A stretch of 32,000 nucleotides of DNA from Aquifex aeolicus VF5 (GCF_000008625.1 NC_000918.1:1-32000); one strand, 5' to 3'; positions 19,620-29,183 are shown, counted from the stretch's first letter. Made by a program: numbers and translations. Notes: generated by a model from the letters alone, not told the origin.

Positions 19620-21062
19620 ATGGGACTGAAGGAAAAACTTATCAGAAAAGGTAAATACATATGGGAACTGCCAAAAGAAACGATAGAAGGTCAAAGAGTA
19701 CCCGTAATTCTTTACCTGAGCGACGCCCTCTTTGAACTCCTTGAAGAAGATGCCCTAAGACAGGCTGCAAACGCCGCAACTCTTCCGGGAGTGGAAAAGG
19801 CTATTTACGTGATGCCGGACGTTCACGTGGGGTACGGCTTTCCCGTGGGAGGGGTAATGGCCACGAATACGGAAACAGGTATAATAAGTCCCGGTTCAAT
19901 CGGTTATGACATCAACTGCGGTGTCCGTCTAATAGCGACAAACTTAAAAGCGGTGGATGTAGCACCCAGAATAAAGGAAATAATGAACAACATGCTAAAA
20001 AACGTTCCCGCAGGTGTTGGCTCCACGAGCGAGATAAAACTCTCTAAATCCCAGATGAAGGAAGTGCTCGTAAAGGGAGCAGGCTGGGCGGTTGAACACG
20101 GCTTTGGTTTTCCCGAGGATCTTCAGCACATAGAGGGCTTCGGTGCTCTTCCGAACGCAGATCCCGAAAAGGCTTCTCACGAGGCCTACGAGAGGGGTTC
20201 GGACGAACTCGGAACTGTCGGAAGCGGGAACCACTTTGTGGAAGTTCAGGCGGTAGAACAGATATACGAGCCTGAAATTGCGGAAAAGCTCGGTATATGG
20301 GAAGGACAGGTAATGGTTATGGTTCACTCTGGTTCGAGGGGTTTCGGTCATCAGGTCTGCACGGATTACCTCAGGGTAGCCTTGAAAGTGAGGGATAAGT
20401 ACAAAATCAAACTCCCTGATCCCCAACTTGCGTGTATGCCCTTCAACTCTCCCGAAGGACAGGCTTACTTCAAGGCTATGAACGCCGCGGCAAATTACGC
20501 CTTTGCAAACAGACAGATCCTCGGTTTTAAAGCTGCGAACACGGTCAGGAAAACTCTCGGCATTTCGTGGGAAGAGTTCGGCTACAGGCTCATATACGAT
20601 CACGCTCACAATATAGGAAAGGTGGAAAAACACGAAGTAGACGGAAAAAAGGTCGAAGTAATAGTTCACAGGAAAGGGGCAACGAGAGCTTTTCCTCCTT
20701 ACAACCCCGAAGTTCCCCCCGCTTACAGGGAAGTAGGACAACCCGTGATAATTCCGGGAGACATGGGAAGGGCTTCCTTCCTGCTCGTGGGACAGACCAA
20801 CTCTATGAAGATGTCCTTCGGGACTGCGTGCCACGGCGCGGGAAGAGTTATGTCAAGAAGACAGGCAAAGAAGTACGTAAAAGAAGTAGGACTTGAAAAG
20901 GTAATAGGTAACCTCGTAGTAGTTGCAAGGGGTAAAGGAACAATAATGGAAGAAATCCCCCAGGCGTACAAGGACGTGACGGAAGTCGTAAGGGTTATAG
21001 ATGAACTGGGAATAGCCAAAGCGGTGGCTAGGTTAAAACCCCTCGGAACGCTAAAGGGTTAA
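19620..21062 (+). CDS. rtcB: RtcB family RNA ligase
   Basis: 480 aa; MPDVHVGYGFPVGGVMA, GYDINCGVRL, GTVGSGNHFVEVQ, MVHSGSRGFGHQV, HRKGATRAFPP, FGTACHGAGRVMSR. Confidence 0.97.
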   Translation: MGLKEKLIRKGKYIWELPKETIEGQRVPVILYLSDALFELLEEDALRQAANAATLPGVEKAIYVMPDVHVGYGFPVGGVMATNTETGIISPGSIGYDINCGVRLIATNLKAVDVAPRIKEIMNNMLKNVPAGVGSTSEIKLSKSQMKEVLVKGAGWAVEHGFGFPEDLQHIEGFGALPNADPEKASHEAYERGSDELGTVGSGNHFVEVQAVEQIYEPEIAEKLGIWEGQVMVMVHSGSRGFGHQVCTDYLRVALKVRDKYKIKLPDPQLACMPFNSPEGQAYFKAMNAAANYAFANRQILGFKAANTVRKTLGISWEEFGYRLIYDHAHNIGKVEKHEVDGKKVEVIVHRKGATRAFPPYNPEVPPAYREVGQPVIIPGDMGRASFLLVGQTNSMKMSFGTACHGAGRVMSRRQAKKYVKEVGLEKVIGNLVVVARGKGTIMEEIPQAYKDVTEVVRVIDELGIAKAVARLKPLGTLKG

Positions 21063-22346
21063 GCTTTCCCTGAACACTTCCACCCTGTTCTTTCCCTTTC
21101 TCTTCGCCTCGTACAGTGCCTGATCCGCTTCCTTTATCAACTCTTCCAAGCTCTCGTGCCCTCTGTAAGTGCTCACCCCTATACTTACTGTTACTCTTAG
21201 TTTTTCACCGTTTGGCAATTCTATGGGCGTTTGTTCTATCATACGCCTCAGTTGTTCCGCTTTCTTTACAGCTCCGTTCAAGTTTGTGTTTGAAAGCATA
21301 ACTATAAACTCCTCTCCTCCGAAGCGTGCCACGAGATCCGCTCCTCTCACGTTCCTTTTCAAGATTTCTGAAATCTTTTTGAGAACGAGGTCTCCGACGT
21401 CGTGTCCGTAGGTGTCGTTTATTTTCTTAAAGTTATCTATGTCAATCATAAGAATTGAGAAGTTGTATCCGTACCGTTTAGCCTTCGCCAGTTCCTTTTC
21501 AGCCATCTCGGTGAAAACCCTTCTGTTGTATAGACCCGTGAGAGGGTCCGTCAAAGCCATTCTCTCGTAAAGTGTCTTTTCCTTTGAAGTTTCAATAAGT
21601 ATCTTCTTTAAAGTTTCAATCATCTTTATTACCGCTACTTTAAGTTCGTAAATTTCGCTATCTTTGTCTTTGCTCCTCATAGCGTTTTCACGAAGTAAAT
21701 CCGTCTTAGAAAACTCCTTCTTTGCAACTCCCTTTATTATCCCGCTCAAAAACTTTAAATCTTTAGATATTGAACTCAAATAACGTGATATAACCAGAAC
21801 GTAAACAAGGAAGAATACAAGACTTGTCCCAAAAATACCAAAAACGGTAAAGTTTAAGTTATTAAATTCTTTCCAAGTTATTAAGTATCCGAAGACTTTT
21901 CCCTCCCAGAGAAGAGGATACCTCGCCACGAATACGGGATTTATAACGCTCCCCACATTCCCGTATGGTTCCACGGGAAAAATTTTCTCTAAAAAATCGG
22001 GCTTAATATTACCAATGACTACAAAATCTCCGTAAATTAAAGAAACTTTGTGAAGGTTTTGATTAAACTTCCCGTACTTGCTGTTGTCGTACAGAATTAC
22101 TCCCTCGGAACGCAAAATTTTTAAAACGATGTTTGAAAATTTATAAAAAAACACGAGAGGATTTTCTTCTTTTCCGTACATCAATTTCTTTATTTCAGTA
22201 CATGTAACCACGAGATTTTCGTAAAACTCCCTTGACTTTTTGTTGTTTAACGCTTTAAAATCTAAATACACAACCACTGATACGAAAATTATGTAGAGCA
22301 CGAAAAAAATAACGGAGTAAGAAGTAATTTTTTTCTTTATGCTCAT
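21051..22346 (-). CDS. Membrane-anchored diguanylate cyclase
   Basis: 431 aa; two TM segments flanking a periplasmic domain; DPLTGLYNRR, DIDNFKKINDTYGH, RGADLVARFGGEEF (intact GGEEF and RxxD I-site). Confidence 0.92.
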   Translation of the reverse strand: MSIKKKITSYSVIFFVLYIIFVSVVVYLDFKALNNKKSREFYENLVVTCTEIKKLMYGKEENPLVFFYKFSNIVLKILRSEGVILYDNSKYGKFNQNLHKVSLIYGDFVVIGNIKPDFLEKIFPVEPYGNVGSVINPVFVARYPLLWEGKVFGYLITWKEFNNLNFTVFGIFGTSLVFFLVYVLVISRYLSSISKDLKFLSGIIKGVAKKEFSKTDLLRENAMRSKDKDSEIYELKVAVIKMIETLKKILIETSKEKTLYERMALTDPLTGLYNRRVFTEMAEKELAKAKRYGYNFSILMIDIDNFKKINDTYGHDVGDLVLKKISEILKRNVRGADLVARFGGEEFIVMLSNTNLNGAVKKAEQLRRMIEQTPIELPNGEKLRVTVSIGVSTYRGHESLEELIKEADQALYEAKRKGKNRVEVFRESLTL

Positions 22347-22378
22347 ATACCTTATAAAGTATATATACTACATTCCCT

Positions 22379-22989
22379 ATGAGAATAGTCTTCGGAGGAA
22401 GTTTTGATCCTGTACACGTAGGTCACATAATACTCGCGAGGGACGTCTGTGAACACTTTAATGCAAAAGAAGTTATATTCGTCCCCACCTATCAGGCACC
22501 CCTCAAAGAAAAACACAAAGCAAGCGCTCAGGACAGGTTAAACATGTTAAAGCTTGCACTTGAAAGGGAAGAGAAGTTCACAATAGAAGACTACGAAATA
22601 AGACGAAAGGGAATTTCATACACCGTGTACACACTCAAGTACTTAAAGGAGAAGTACGGAGGGGAGGAGCTCTACCTCCTCCTCGGAAGTGACAGTTTTT
22701 TGAAGTTCCATAAATGGAAAGAACCGCGTGAAATACTAAAGCTTGCAAAAATTATTGTGGTCGAGAGGGAAGGGATGTTGGAAAAGGTGAAGGAATACAT
22801 AAAGGAGTACTTCCCGGAACTGAGGAAAAATGAAGATATCTTTTTCTACAAAGGCAGAAGGATAGACATCTCTTCAACCGAATAAGGAAGAGAGTTTCGG
22901 AGGGTAAGAGTATTTACTGCATGGTGCCCGAAAAGGTAGAGGAATACATAAGGGAAAAGAAACTCTACATTAAATCTCCGGACCTATAA
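22379..22989 (+). CDS. nadD: Nicotinate-nucleotide adenylyltransferase with apparent -1 frameshift (uninterrupted ORF ends at 22885)
   Basis: FGGSFDPVHVGHIILARDV; RRIDISSTE* then other frame IRKRVSEGKSIYCMVPEKVEEYIREKKLYIKSPDL*, the expected NadD C-terminus. Confidence 0.92.
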
Positions 22990-22997
22990 TCAGATTT

Positions 22998-23525
22998 ATG
23001 AAGCTTAAAAGTAAACTCTCTTACGAAGATATAAGAAGACTTCCTGAGGGAAGTTACGAAGTAATCAACGGGGAGGTGGTTGAACTGGTACCTACGGGAT
23101 TTGAACACGGAGAGTACGAACTCGACTTGGGGGCTTTTTTAAGGGAAAAATTGAAGAATAAAGGATACGTTGCAGTGGGAGAGGTAGGAGTTTTAATATC
23201 AAAGGAACCACTCAGGATACGCTCGGCGGATGTAGTTTATATAAGCAAGAAACGTACTCCCGAAAGACCAAAGGGAATACTTGATGTTCCGCCTGAAATC
23301 GTTATAGAGATAGTTTCTCCTAATAACACATACTCGGAAATTGAGGAAAAGGTTTTTGATTACCTGAGCGCTGGTGTAGACAGGGTTTTAATCGTAGATC
23401 CGAAGGTAAGGAAGGCAACTTTATTCGAAAAGGGAAAAAGGGAAGCGAAGATATACGATTTTGACGAAGAGTTCGAACTTTTAGAAGGTCTCAAATTAAG
23501 GCTTTCCGAAGTCCTGTCTTCATAA
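22998..23525 (+). CDS. Uma2 (DUF820)-family, PD-(D/E)XK nuclease-like protein
   Basis: 175 aa; GSYEVINGEVVEL, ADVVYISKKR, PPEIVIEIVSPNNTYSEIEEKVFDYLSAGVDRVLIVDP. Confidence 0.85.
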   Translation: MKLKSKLSYEDIRRLPEGSYEVINGEVVELVPTGFEHGEYELDLGAFLREKLKNKGYVAVGEVGVLISKEPLRIRSADVVYISKKRTPERPKGILDVPPEIVIEIVSPNNTYSEIEEKVFDYLSAGVDRVLIVDPKVRKATLFEKGKREAKIYDFDEEFELLEGLKLRLSEVLSS

Positions 23526-23540
23526 AGTAAAATTTTCCCT

Positions 23541-24407
23541 ATGAAGGTAGGTTTTATAGGTTTAGGACATCTTGGAAGAGCCATAGCAAAAAGATTGATA
23601 GAACAAGGTGTAGAATTAATAGTCTGGAACAGAACGCTTTCAAAAGCTCATGAATTTGCCAAAGAAACGGGTGCGGAGGTTACAAGCTCCCCCGCGGATT
23701 TAATAAACAAGGTGGACAGAGTTTTCGTTATAGTTTTTGACTCTCAGGCTTCAGAAGAAGTGATATTCGGAGAAAAGGGACTCGTAAAAGGAGACATAAA
23801 GGGAAAAACCGTTATAGACATGACTACGAACCACTACCTTTACGCACAGAAGGCTTACGAAGAACTTAAAAAACTTGGAGCTTTCTATCTGGACGCTCCC
23901 GTCCTCGGAAGTGTTATACCAGCCCTTAAAGGGGAACTCACTATAGTCGTGGGAGGGGATAAGGAAAAGTTTGAAGAGAATAAACCTCTTTTTGAAAAGT
24001 TTTGCAGGGCGATTTACTACCTAGGCGAGGCGGGAATGGGAAGTAAGATGAAACTCGTAAACAACATAGTTCTGGGCGGGATAATGGAAGTCCTGGCTGA
24101 AGCCATAGCCATAGGTGAAAAGGCGGGAATTGACAAGGAAACATTAATAAACGTCCTCAACGACGGAGCGGGGAAATCCTACATCTTGGACGTTAAGAAG
24201 AAAAAACTCCTCGAGGAAGACTTCTCAACGCACTTTTCCGTTAACCTCATATACAAGGATCTCCACTACGCTCAGGATTTAATAAAAGACTTGGGACTCT
24301 TCTCCTTTACAACCGCTGCGGTAAAAGAAACATACGGACTCGCAAGGAAGGAAGGGTTTGGAAATCTGGACTTTTCAGCAGTTTACAAGCTCTTCAAAGA
24401 AGACTAA
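23541..24407 (+). CDS. NAD(P)-dependent 3-hydroxyisobutyrate/beta-hydroxyacid dehydrogenase family
   Basis: 288 aa; [40 protein letters not shown]-like ([14 protein letters not shown]). Confidence 0.88.
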
Positions 24408-24982
24408 ATAACGCCTTTCGTTGAGGGCACTCCGCTTCCCTCTACTTTTACCGCTTCTTTTAAAGTAATCGCAAAGGACTTAAAGCAAGCTTCCGCCACG
24501 TGGTGGAGTATTTTCCCGTCAAGGACCTTTATATGTAGCGTGCTCCTGCTCTCAAGGGCAAAACCTTTAAAGAATTCCCATATAAGCTCAAAATCAAACT
24601 CCGTTATCTTTCCCCTTAAGTCCTTGTCTTCGTAAAAGAATAGCGGTCTTCCCGAGATGTCTATAGAAGAGAGTACCAGAGCCTCGTCCATGGGAATTAT
24701 GGAGTATCCGTACCTCCTTATTCCTTTTTTATCTCCGAGGGCTTTTAGTACCGCCTGACCGAGAACTATACCGCAGTCCTCCACTGTGTGGTGGTGGGAA
24801 ACGTGAACGTCTCCCTCGGCCTCAACCTTCAGGTCAAACCTTCCGTGTTTTGCAAAGGACTCAAGCATATGGGTTAAAAATCCCACAGGTGTGTTCACTT
24901 CGTAATTCCCGCTTCCGTCTAGGTTTATGTATAGCTTTATCTTTGTCTCTCTCGTTTCCCTGAAGACTTCCGCTTCCCGCAT
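24404..24982 (-). CDS. hisB: Imidazoleglycerol-phosphate dehydratase
   Basis: 192 aa; [39 protein letters not shown]. Confidence 0.96.
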
Positions 24983-24996
24983 AGGAATACTTTAAC

Positions 24997-26277
24997 CTAC
25001 CTTCGTTTCCTGGGTGTCTCCTTTATGAGTTTGTGTATCTCTTTGAAGTTTATGTCTCCCGCAAGGACGTAAACCTTTCCCTCGTATTGGAACTTCTTAG
25101 AGACCGTAATACAGAAGTCATCTGTAGCCTTTGAAAGGTAAATGTCGGAAATGTATTCTCCTTTTTCCATTGCCTCTTTGAAGTAAGGTTTCTCACTCCT
25201 GTCCGTTCCCTTCTTGCCCTGAGCTATGAAGTAACTCGCATTCGGGTTTATCACGTTGTTAGAAATCTGGAGTCCGCTGGAACTCATTATGTAGAAGAGT
25301 TCAAAGTAAGGGTACTTCTTGAAAGCGTCGTAAAGGGTAAATTCCCATAACTCCTTTGGTGCGTTTACGACTTCATTGAGAACCTTTTCAAAGTCCGACA
25401 TAATTTTTTCCTTTATATTCTTTAAGACCTTCTTCCTTCTGGGGTCGTAGAGGATAAGTTTGGGTTGGAGTCCCTGAACTATGAATATGTAACCGCTTAC
25501 GTTCTTCGCTCTTTCTCTGAGTTCCTTAATCTTCTCGTTCAGTTTATCCAAGCTTTCAAATAACTTGAGGTTTATGGACATCCCGTAAAGGGCTATGTGA
25601 GGGTAATCCGCAAATAGAACTGTATACTCCCTGAAGAACTCTTCAAACAAGTGCTTTATACGTTCCTTTTCAGGAGGCTCTTTGGAAACAGCCCATATTT
25701 CTTCTTTCTCTTCTATTTCTTCAACTTCACCGCTTATACTTTCCTGTATATCTTCTTTGAGGATTTTGAGAAGCCCCTTTGCCTTTTCGTATCCGAATTT
25801 ATCCCTGAAGCCTTTGAAGTTCTTAATCCCGAATATGTAAAGGTATTGGTCAGTTCCCAAAGACTCTCTGATGTGTTGAATTAAAGGGATGACGAACTCT
25901 TTGTACTTGGTTATGTAGTGAAGTAGGACGTCGTAAGTAAGTACTCCTAAGTAGTTTCCCTTTTTGTCGGTTATTATTATCGGCTCTTTTACTATAGGGA
26001 GAAGTTCCATAATGCCTATTAATCCCTCTTTACTCAGGTTCAGATCCTTTACTTTTACCGCAAGCCTGCTCAGCTCTCCCGTAAGCAAATCCTTTCTGGT
26101 TATCCCTTCAACGTCCTTTCTGAAAACTATTCCTATGGGTTTTCCCTTCTTTAAAACCGTTAAGTACTCGTAAATCTTAAGTTCGGAAAAGATTTCCTTC
26201 AGTTCCTGAACGCTCAAATCGTAAGAAACGGTAGGGACGCTGATACAAATACTACCTAGATCAAATGACTCCTTCAT
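24997..26277 (-). CDS. CBS-pair / degenerate GGDEF-like / C-terminal PDC (Cache)-like protein without obvious TM segments
   Basis: 426 aa; VLKKGKPIGIVFRKD and EPIIITDKKGNYLGVLTYDVLL (CBS-like); YLYIFGIKNFKGFRDKFGYEKA (GGDEF start-like); DRSEKPYFKEAMEKGEYISDIYLSKATDDFCITVS (PDC/Cache-like). Confidence 0.65.
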   Translation of the reverse strand: MKESFDLGSICISVPTVSYDLSVQELKEIFSELKIYEYLTVLKKGKPIGIVFRKDVEGITRKDLLTGELSRLAVKVKDLNLSKEGLIGIMELLPIVKEPIIITDKKGNYLGVLTYDVLLHYITKYKEFVIPLIQHIRESLGTDQYLYIFGIKNFKGFRDKFGYEKAKGLLKILKEDIQESISGEVEEIEEKEEIWAVSKEPPEKERIKHLFEEFFREYTVLFADYPHIALYGMSINLKLFESLDKLNEKIKELRERAKNVSGYIFIVQGLQPKLILYDPRRKKVLKNIKEKIMSDFEKVLNEVVNAPKELWEFTLYDAFKKYPYFELFYIMSSSGLQISNNVINPNASYFIAQGKKGTDRSEKPYFKEAMEKGEYISDIYLSKATDDFCITVSKKFQYEGKVYVLAGDINFKEIHKLIKETPRKRR

Positions 26278-26585
26278 AACTCCAGCCCTAAATCTTTATA
26301 ATGGTAAACTTTTCCCCTGTAGACAACCACTACCTCAATAGAAAAGGGTTCTTCTCCGAGGACTTCGTAAGCGGTTCTTATTATTTTGCTAAGTTTATGA
26401 GGGGTTACCTTTTCCGCCGGGAAGAAGGTTTCACTTCCCTTTACTTCAACGATAACTTTCCTTCCCTCGAACTCTGCCAGAATATCTATTTCACCGTAGG
26501 GACTTCTTAAGTTTCTTCCGAGGATTTGATAACCTTTACTTTTTAAGTACCGAGCCGCTAAGTCTTCGTACTCCCTTCCCTTCAT
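26274..26585 (-). CDS. yraN: UPF0102/YraN family endonuclease-like protein
   Basis: 103 aa; GREYEDLAARYLKSKGYQILGRNLRSPYGEIDILAEFEGRKVIVEVKG. Confidence 0.9.
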   Translation of the reverse strand: MKGREYEDLAARYLKSKGYQILGRNLRSPYGEIDILAEFEGRKVIVEVKGSETFFPAEKVTPHKLSKIIRTAYEVLGEEPFSIEVVVVYRGKVYHYKDLGLEL

Positions 26586-26596
26586 AAAAAGTTTTT

Positions 26597-26614
26597 AAAA
26601 AGCCCCAAAGGGGC
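26597..26614 (-). terminator. Rho-independent-type terminator after petC
   Basis: Minus strand GCCCC-TTT-GGGGC followed by TTTTT. Confidence 0.7.
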
Positions 26615-26617
26615 GGA

Positions 26618-27340
26618 TTAATGATATCCGAGTCTCTTGAGGAGGTTTTCTCTGTACTTCCAGAGAAGGAGTCCCATAACGATGAAGTAGGCTATAACGA
26701 TTACTCCCATAACTGTTCTCTTTGCGGATTCCTTAGGAGGAGGAGTATTTACGGACTTCATGTAAGCCACGATTTTTGCAACCTTTTCCTTCGCCTGAGG
26801 GTCAAACTGAGGGTTAAAAAGCTGAGGCATTGTCGTTCCGGGAAGAACTTTTTGAGGGTTGAGAATAAACTGGTAGAGATATCCTTCTCCCCTTGCAAGG
26901 TACATGGAAGAAAGGTCGGGCGGTACTTGCCCGAGGGAAGCTTTCAGTCCCTGAATGTCGTCGTGGGCAAAAGCTTCGTAAACGTCCTTGGGAACGAAGA
27001 ACCTGTCTTTATACAGAGTTCCGAACCTGTATACAGGTCTTCCAGATGTCTTTTCTATATTTTTCCACTTGGGATTTGCAGCAACGCTCATTATGTATAT
27101 CCCGTCGTACCTGAGTGAGTGACAGGAAGAACAACTGGCTATAAAGAGTTCTCTTCCTTCTTCAGCTATAGTCTTTCCGCTTTCAGTCTTTTTCCACGGG
27201 TTGTCTATTATCGCCTTTACTTCTTCGTCAACCTCGTAGTGTTCAACGTGCTTAAAAGGATTGTAAAACCAGAGGAGGAAGAAAAAGACGAGGGTTGAAC
27301 CTGCAAAAAATATAGTTTTTATTAAGCCCCACGTGTTCAT
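26618..27340 (-). CDS. petC: Cytochrome c1 subunit of bc1 complex
   Basis: 240 aa; heme site CSSCHSLRYDG; hydrophobic N- and C-terminal segments; adjacent to cytochrome b and Rieske genes. Confidence 0.88.
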   Translation of the reverse strand: MNTWGLIKTIFFAGSTLVFFFLLWFYNPFKHVEHYEVDEEVKAIIDNPWKKTESGKTIAEEGRELFIASCSSCHSLRYDGIYIMSVAANPKWKNIEKTSGRPVYRFGTLYKDRFFVPKDVYEAFAHDDIQGLKASLGQVPPDLSSMYLARGEGYLYQFILNPQKVLPGTTMPQLFNPQFDPQAKEKVAKIVAYMKSVNTPPPKESAKRTVMGVIVIAYFIVMGLLLWKYRENLLKRLGYH

Positions 27341-28566
27341 TCTTGCTGACCTCCCTTTGCTTTATACCAACCGTACTCGATGAACGAAATTATTGGCAGA
27401 GATATGAAGAAGGCAAATACAAGTGCGGCAAATATGAGTCCGAGTTTTGCGTTCTGGGGTGTGGGAGGCATAGTTCCGAGTATCGTGAGAGCCATTGAGG
27501 AAATCATGAATATTACGAACATTACGAAGAATAGAGGTCTTCTCCTTGCACTCTTGAGCGGAGAGAAGTCGAGGAATGGCAGTAGTAAGAGGAGTAACAG
27601 TAGTGCGTTAAATGCAACAAATCCCCAGAACTTGGAGGGTATTGACCTAAAGACTTCGTAGTATCCGAGCAGGTACCACTCAGGCGCTATGTGAGCGGGG
27701 GTCTTAAGGGGGTTTGCGGGTTCAAAGTTCTCAGGCGGTAGGAAGTGGCTTATATGGAAGAACACGAAGAAGAAGAATACTGCGAGATACCACATTACGT
27801 AAGCGCCTTCCTTGAGGGTCATGTAAGGGTGGAAAGGTACGAACTTATCGGGATTTTTCTTCTTGTCGTACTCAATACCTTCAGGGTTGGATATTCCTGC
27901 GGCTCTCACGAGGTATAGGTGTATTCCTACAAGTGCAAGGAGTATGAGCGGGTATATGAGAACGTGAGAACCGAAAACTCTACCGAGGGTAACGTCCGTG
28001 ACGACGTATCCTCCCTTCATCCAGAGAACTATAGTTTCAGCTATGGCTTTGAAGATAGGCTTCAGTATAGGTGCATCTGCAAGAGAACCGGGAATTTCGG
28101 TAGTAACGATGAATCCCCAGTAAGAGAGCTGTCCCCACGGAAGGAGGTATCCCGAGAGTGCGGTGAGTATTAAAACAAAGTATATGAGCCATCCCACTAT
28201 CCAGACGAGTTCTCTTGGTCTTTTGTAAGCGTTGTAGTAAATTCCCGTGAACATGTGGAGGTAAACGATAGCCATAAAGAAGTTAGCACCGGTGCGTGTA
28301 TGTGCCTGAAGAGCCATCCGAAGGGAATTTCTCCCATTATCGAGTAGGTGCACTGTCAAAAGCGTCTGCGATTGAAGGTTGTAGTAGAGTATGAGAACCA
28401 TTCCAGAGATTATTTGGATTGCAAATGTGACGAGTGCGAGTATACCGAAAACATATGGGAAGGTGAGGTTCTTGGCAACTTTGTATTCAACCATCTGGGT
28501 TCTGTAAATCTCCCTTACGTGAGCCCTTTCATCAATCCAGTCAACTATCTTTTCTATTAATCCCAT
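27337..28566 (-). CDS. petB: Cytochrome b of bc1 complex
   Basis: 409 aa, multi-TM; FFMAIVYLHMFTGIYY, LSGYLLPWGQLSYWG, GGYVVTDVTLGRVFGSHVLIYPLILLALVGIHLYLVR, ICTPAHIAPEWYL-like. Confidence 0.95.
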   Translation of the reverse strand: MGLIEKIVDWIDERAHVREIYRTQMVEYKVAKNLTFPYVFGILALVTFAIQIISGMVLILYYNLQSQTLLTVHLLDNGRNSLRMALQAHTRTGANFFMAIVYLHMFTGIYYNAYKRPRELVWIVGWLIYFVLILTALSGYLLPWGQLSYWGFIVTTEIPGSLADAPILKPIFKAIAETIVLWMKGGYVVTDVTLGRVFGSHVLIYPLILLALVGIHLYLVRAAGISNPEGIEYDKKKNPDKFVPFHPYMTLKEGAYVMWYLAVFFFFVFFHISHFLPPENFEPANPLKTPAHIAPEWYLLGYYEVFRSIPSKFWGFVAFNALLLLLLLLPFLDFSPLKSARRRPLFFVMFVIFMISSMALTILGTMPPTPQNAKLGLIFAALVFAFFISLPIISFIEYGWYKAKGGQQE

Positions 28567-28579
28567 ATTCCCACCTCCT

Positions 28580-29125
28580 TTATATGAGTTCCTTTACAAA
28601 TCCCTCAACACCGACGATAAGTTTATTGCCCTCTAACTTTTGAGGAGGTATAAATAGAGGTCTCGGTGGTGGTCCTCCTATTACGTCTCCGTAGGGTGTG
28701 TATAACCCTCCGTGACAAGGACAGTGGAAGACAGGCTTATTAATACCCCCCTCTCCTTGAGGCTTCCACAGGGGAATACATCCGAGGTGCGTGCAAACTC
28801 CCACGAGAGCAAAGACATCGTGACCTTTGAGTATTTCGTAATTAGTCGTCCCCTTAGAGTTTAGTGCTCCTTTTTTGAGGGTGTACCCTTCGGGTTTGAA
28901 GTCCTTAGGCAGTCTTATTGCGAAGAGCGTTTTACCTTTCCAGGACGTGACTCTCACCTGCATCGGCTGGATTTTTGAAACGTCGATTTCCGTTTTGGCT
29001 CCAAGAGCGGCTATTTCTGAGGGTTCGAGCATTACCCTTACGAGGGCGTAGAGGGCTCCCAGTCCCCCTACAGCCCCGAGAGCCCCAATTCCTATACTTA
29101 TAAAATCCCTTCTCGAGGCTTCCAT
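28580..29125 (-). CDS. petA: Rieske iron-sulfur protein of bc1 complex
   Basis: 181 aa; CTHLGC and CPCHGG cluster motifs; TAT-like N-terminus EASRRDFISIGIGALGAVGGLG. Confidence 0.95.
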   Translation of the reverse strand: MEASRRDFISIGIGALGAVGGLGALYALVRVMLEPSEIAALGAKTEIDVSKIQPMQVRVTSWKGKTLFAIRLPKDFKPEGYTLKKGALNSKGTTNYEILKGHDVFALVGVCTHLGCIPLWKPQGEGGINKPVFHCPCHGGLYTPYGDVIGGPPPRPLFIPPQKLEGNKLIVGVEGFVKELI

Positions 29126-29183
29126 AATACCACCTCCTGAAATTTAAGTAAACCAAACTATATTTTACTACTCGGCGGTGAAA

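Noticed and set aside
19995-20834. 279 aa minus-strand ORF opposite rtcB.
   Set aside because: Antisense shadow of rtcB; the rtcB frame is fully conserved and the antisense protein resembles no known family.
22871-22890. Programmed -1 frameshift in nadD.
   Set aside because: No X-XXY-YYZ slippery site or obvious downstream structure; an assembly or sequencing indel is simpler.
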